Source: an uncultured Gammaproteobacteria bacterium
Lineage (GTDB): Bacteria; Patescibacteriota; Microgenomatia; UBA12405; JAHJSD01
Length of the DNA stretch: 64,000 bases
Assembly (NCBI GenBank): GCA_964498425.1
Contig: CAZCGQ010000001.1
Location: 99,063-163,062 of the forward strand
Direction: 5' to 3'
Below are positions 61,388 to 64,000 of the stretch, one piece after another. The notes below the pieces were generated by a model, which saw only the letters and a list, made by a program, of their open reading frames with translations, did no database searches and was not told the DNA's origin. The translations under genes were made by a program, and so were the position numbers. Within the stretch, counting starts at the first letter, position 1, and the number at the start of each line of letters is the position of its first letter.

Positions 61388-61738
61388 TTAATTAGATTTT
61401 CGAATGATCGACCCGAAAATCTTCATCAATTCTGTTGCTTCTTGAATAAGGATATCCCGTTCTTTCTCCAACCCTCCCACATCTAAAAGCTTTAGCCAAT
61501 ATCTGCTTTCTTTAGATTCCTTACGAGATATCTTTATTCTATGAATAAAATCCTTTTTACTCAAGGCTTCGTTAGCCTCAATGTAATTAGCACCAACCGA
61601 ACCAGATGATCGCAGTAATTGCCTACTGTCTTCTCTGTTTCTAGCAGTTTGACGTATTTGGCTAACAAACTGTCGCACCTTTCTTGCAAATTTTAAGGTT
61701 CTTTCTTCCAAATCATATTTTTTTACAGTTTTGGTCAT
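61388..61738 (-). CDS. Four-helix-bundle protein (23S rRNA intervening-sequence protein family)
   Basis: 116 aa; SGSVGANYIEA ... RKESKESRYWLKLL are family hallmarks. Confidence 0.75.
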   Translation of the reverse strand: MTKTVKKYDLEERTLKFARKVRQFVSQIRQTARNREDSRQLLRSSGSVGANYIEANEALSKKDFIHRIKISRKESKESRYWLKLLDVGGLEKERDILIQEATELMKIFGSIIRKSN

Positions 61739-61782
61739 TATGATTTGTTTCGTATTTCGAAATTAGTGCTTCGGATTTTCTT

Positions 61783-62829
61783 CTACAGTGGAAGGTAACT
61801 ATTAACATTTTCCACTGTAATTTTAACTTGTTTCTTTTCGCCTTCAACAATCTGGCGAGCAACCCGACGACAGATAGACTCGATGTTCCGATATAAAGTA
61901 CGAACACCGGCGTCATATCCTAGCGGTCGAGTAATTTTCGGCCAAACTCTTTCTTCGAAATTAATCTCATCAGAATTTAAGCCTGTCTGTTCAATTGCCT
62001 TTGGTAAAAGGTAATCCTTGCCAATGGCAATCTTTTCATCGTCTGAATAAGACGGCATCTGCAAAACTTCCAACCTGTCCATTACCGCCGTTGCTATTCG
62101 GCGAGTATGATTGGCAGTAGCAATAAATATTGCCTCTGATAAATCAAACGGATAATCGATAAAATAATCCGAGAACCGGTCATTTTGCTCCGGGTCAAGT
62201 AATTCTACCAAAACACCCATAATTGTATTGAGAGAATCATCAGCCACCCGGTCTATTTCGTCCAAGAGGATAACCGGATTTTTAGCTTCTGCTTGCCGCA
62301 ACCCCTTGATAACTTGCCCTGGTTCCGCCTCGGGATGAATCCGGGACTGGCCCCTTAAATAAAGCGGGTCACCCAAACCTCCAAAAGGTATCCGCATAAA
62401 TTTTCTACCCAGGGCTTCGGCAATCGATTTGGCAATAGTCGTTTTACCGGTTCCAACTAAACCAACAAAACAGAGCACCGGGGCACGAACCTTGCCCTCT
62501 CGCCGCTTCTCTTTTAAAATCAAAACCGATAAATATTCCAAAATCCGGTTTTTAATTTTATCTAATCCGTAATGACTTTCGTCCAAAACCTTTTTAGCAT
62601 GGTCCAAATCTAAAATATCTTTGGTTTTTTCTTTCCAGGGTAAAGATGTAATCCAGTCGGCCCAGTGCGACACTTGGTTTAAACCCTGCCAAAAAGCTTC
62701 GCCCTGTTGAACTAACTGCAGGCGTCGAATTTCTTCTTCCGCCTGGGCAACCAAGTCTGCCGGCAAATCCTCTTTCTTTAACTTTTCTTGGATATCTTTG
62801 AGATAATCTTCCTGCTTTTTATTAGTCAT
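61783..62829 (-). CDS. Lon-family AAA+ ATPase module lacking the N-terminal LON domain and the S16 protease domain
   Basis: Aligns to the Lon region from LPW...HYGL through the AAA+ alpha-lid: SLPWKEKTKDILDLDHAKKVLDESHYGLDKIKNRILEYLSV, Walker A GLVGTGKTT, Walker B ILLDEIDR, LLDPEQN, sensor-2 GVRTLYRNIESICR. It ends at the position where the Lon protease domain normally begins. Confidence 0.75.
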   Translation of the reverse strand: MTNKKQEDYLKDIQEKLKKEDLPADLVAQAEEEIRRLQLVQQGEAFWQGLNQVSHWADWITSLPWKEKTKDILDLDHAKKVLDESHYGLDKIKNRILEYLSVLILKEKRREGKVRAPVLCFVGLVGTGKTTIAKSIAEALGRKFMRIPFGGLGDPLYLRGQSRIHPEAEPGQVIKGLRQAEAKNPVILLDEIDRVADDSLNTIMGVLVELLDPEQNDRFSDYFIDYPFDLSEAIFIATANHTRRIATAVMDRLEVLQMPSYSDDEKIAIGKDYLLPKAIEQTGLNSDEINFEERVWPKITRPLGYDAGVRTLYRNIESICRRVARQIVEGEKKQVKITVENVNSYLPL

Positions 62830-62891
62830 CCTCTACACCCATTCTACATACGATTAAAAAAACTTTCAATATAACTCTTCAAAGGGAAAGT

Positions 62892-64000
62892 TTAAACTTG
62901 AGGTTCGAGAAGCTTAAGGTCATATCGACCACGGTCATCAATCTTGATTAGCTTAACTTTAACTTCCTGTCCGGGTTTAAGTACTTCCTGAGCATCTTCA
63001 ATAAACCGATCACTCATCTTTGAAACATGAACCATTCCCTGCTTGCCTGGTAAAAACTCAACAAAGGCACCAAACGATTCTACCCGCTTTACTTCTCCTT
63101 CAAATTCTTCTCCAACTTCAACTTCACGAGTTAATGCCTTTACTTTTTCAACTGCTTCTGCCACCTCTTCTTCCTGGATCCCAGTAATACTCACTGTTCC
63201 GTCATCATCAACATTAATGGCACAGTTAGTTTCATCAATTAAACGCTTGATTGTCTTTCCTCCCGGACCAATTAGCTCTCCAATTTTCTTAGGTGGAATT
63301 TGAACCATAACAATTTTCGGAGCATGCTCAGATACCTTCTTCCTTGGTTCAGCAATAACTTCCATCATTTTTTCTAAAATAGGAAGATAGGCCTCCTCAG
63401 CTCTGACTAAAGCGTCCTTGACTACGTCCAAGCTTAAACCATGAGTTTTAATATCTACTTGAATAGCGGTAATTCCATTTTTTGTCCCGGTAACCTTGAA
63501 ATCCATATCCCCGTTAAAATCCTCAATTCCACGCATATCGGTTAGAAGAAGATGATTATCTCCTTCACTCACCTTGCCAACTGAGATACCGGCAACAGGA
63601 TTAGAAATTGGAACTCCAGCATCCATTAAAGACAGAGTAGAACCGCAAGTGCTGGCCATTGAGGTCGAACCGTTAGAGGATAAAATCTCTGAAACTAATC
63701 GAATTGTATAAGGGAAATCTTCCTCACTTGGAATAACCGGTTTCAAACCTTGTTCAGCTAAAGATCCATGTCCAATTTCCCGCCGTTTTGGCCAACCAAA
63801 TCGACCAGTGTCCCCGACTGAATAAGGCGGCATGAAATAGTGGTGAATATAGCGTTTACTTTCTTCTCCTTCTGGACTTTCAATTAACTGCTTTAGTGAC
63901 GGTGAACCAAGCGTAGTTACCGTTAAGGCTTGGGTATCTCCGCGCTTGAAAATCGCCGAACCGTGGGTTCGAGGTAGAACTCCAATTTCAATATCCAACT
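62892..64000 (-). CDS. pnp: Polynucleotide phosphorylase (C-terminal about 370 aa; 5' part beyond window end)
   Basis: Second RNase PH domain (LPRTHGSAIFKRGDTQAL), KH (IGELIGPGGKTIKRLIDE), S1 (GEVKRVESFGAFVEFLPGKQGMVHVS). The ORF continues past position 64000. Confidence 0.9.
   Translation of the reverse strand, partial: LDIEIGVLPRTHGSAIFKRGDTQALTVTTLGSPSLKQLIESPEGEESKRYIHHYFMPPYSVGDTGRFGWPKRREIGHGSLAEQGLKPVIPSEEDFPYTIRLVSEILSSNGSTSMASTCGSTLSLMDAGVPISNPVAGISVGKVSEGDNHLLLTDMRGIEDFNGDMDFKVTGTKNGITAIQVDIKTHGLSLDVVKDALVRAEEAYLPILEKMMEVIAEPRKKVSEHAPKIVMVQIPPKKIGELIGPGGKTIKRLIDETNCAINVDDDGTVSITGIQEEEVAEAVEKVKALTREVEVGEEFEGEVKRVESFGAFVEFLPGKQGMVHVSKMSDRFIEDAQEVLKPGQEVKVKLIKIDDRGRYDLKLLEPQV

Overview
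The sequence is dense, mostly minus-strand coding DNA. Small proteins, a short rpoB, a four-helix-bundle protein, a sortase and a bacterial Elp3 suggest a small-genome, CPR/Patescibacteria-like bacterium; this is inference from gene content only. Start coordinates from the ORF track are approximate because it accepts TTG/GTG starts.

1..23.4 kb is a conserved core on the minus strand: mltG, rpoB, rpoC, rpsL, rpsG, then two inserted genes, then fusA, tuf, rpsJ, rplC, rplD. The inserts are a degraded KsgA/Erm-like methyltransferase and a PaaX-like regulator flanked by 45-bp direct repeats. Upstream are a sortase operon, alaS, a CBS protein and a DNRLRE-type surface protein.

23.4 to 56 kb is accessory-like and AT-richer in places. 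The most notable locus is a Type I restriction-modification operon (hsdM, hsdS, hsdR at 32.3 to 41.7 kb, all minus strand). Two foreign modules are embedded in it, with short or overlapping junctions suggesting co-transcription:
- an ABC-type AAA ATPase plus a Toprim-like (DUF4276/DUF4435-like) protein between hsdS and hsdR, an OLD/PARIS-like pair;
- an RNase HI-like protein plus two small membrane proteins between hsdM and hsdS, a candidate membrane-effector (abortive-infection-like) module I cannot assign to any described system.

Other accessory content: a Cas4-like PD-(D/E)xK/Fe-S nuclease, a GIY-YIG protein, a kinase-like protein, an MFS pump, methyltransferases, an Elp3 homolog, and paralogous membrane proteins.

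56 to 64 kb returns to core genes: rodZ-like, ftsK, rnj, a four-helix-bundle protein, a Lon-like AAA+ module lacking both the N-domain and the protease domain, and pnp running off the window end.

Three repeat families are not explained by genes:
- degenerate TAGTGGC heptamer arrays plus a conserved box upstream of four minus-strand genes;
- a 26-bp palindromic REP-like element (AGTACCATGGTTCGAACCATGGTACT) in five copies;
- the 45-bp CGATCG-containing direct repeats in the str operon.

I found no tRNA, rRNA, CRISPR array, transposase or integrase.
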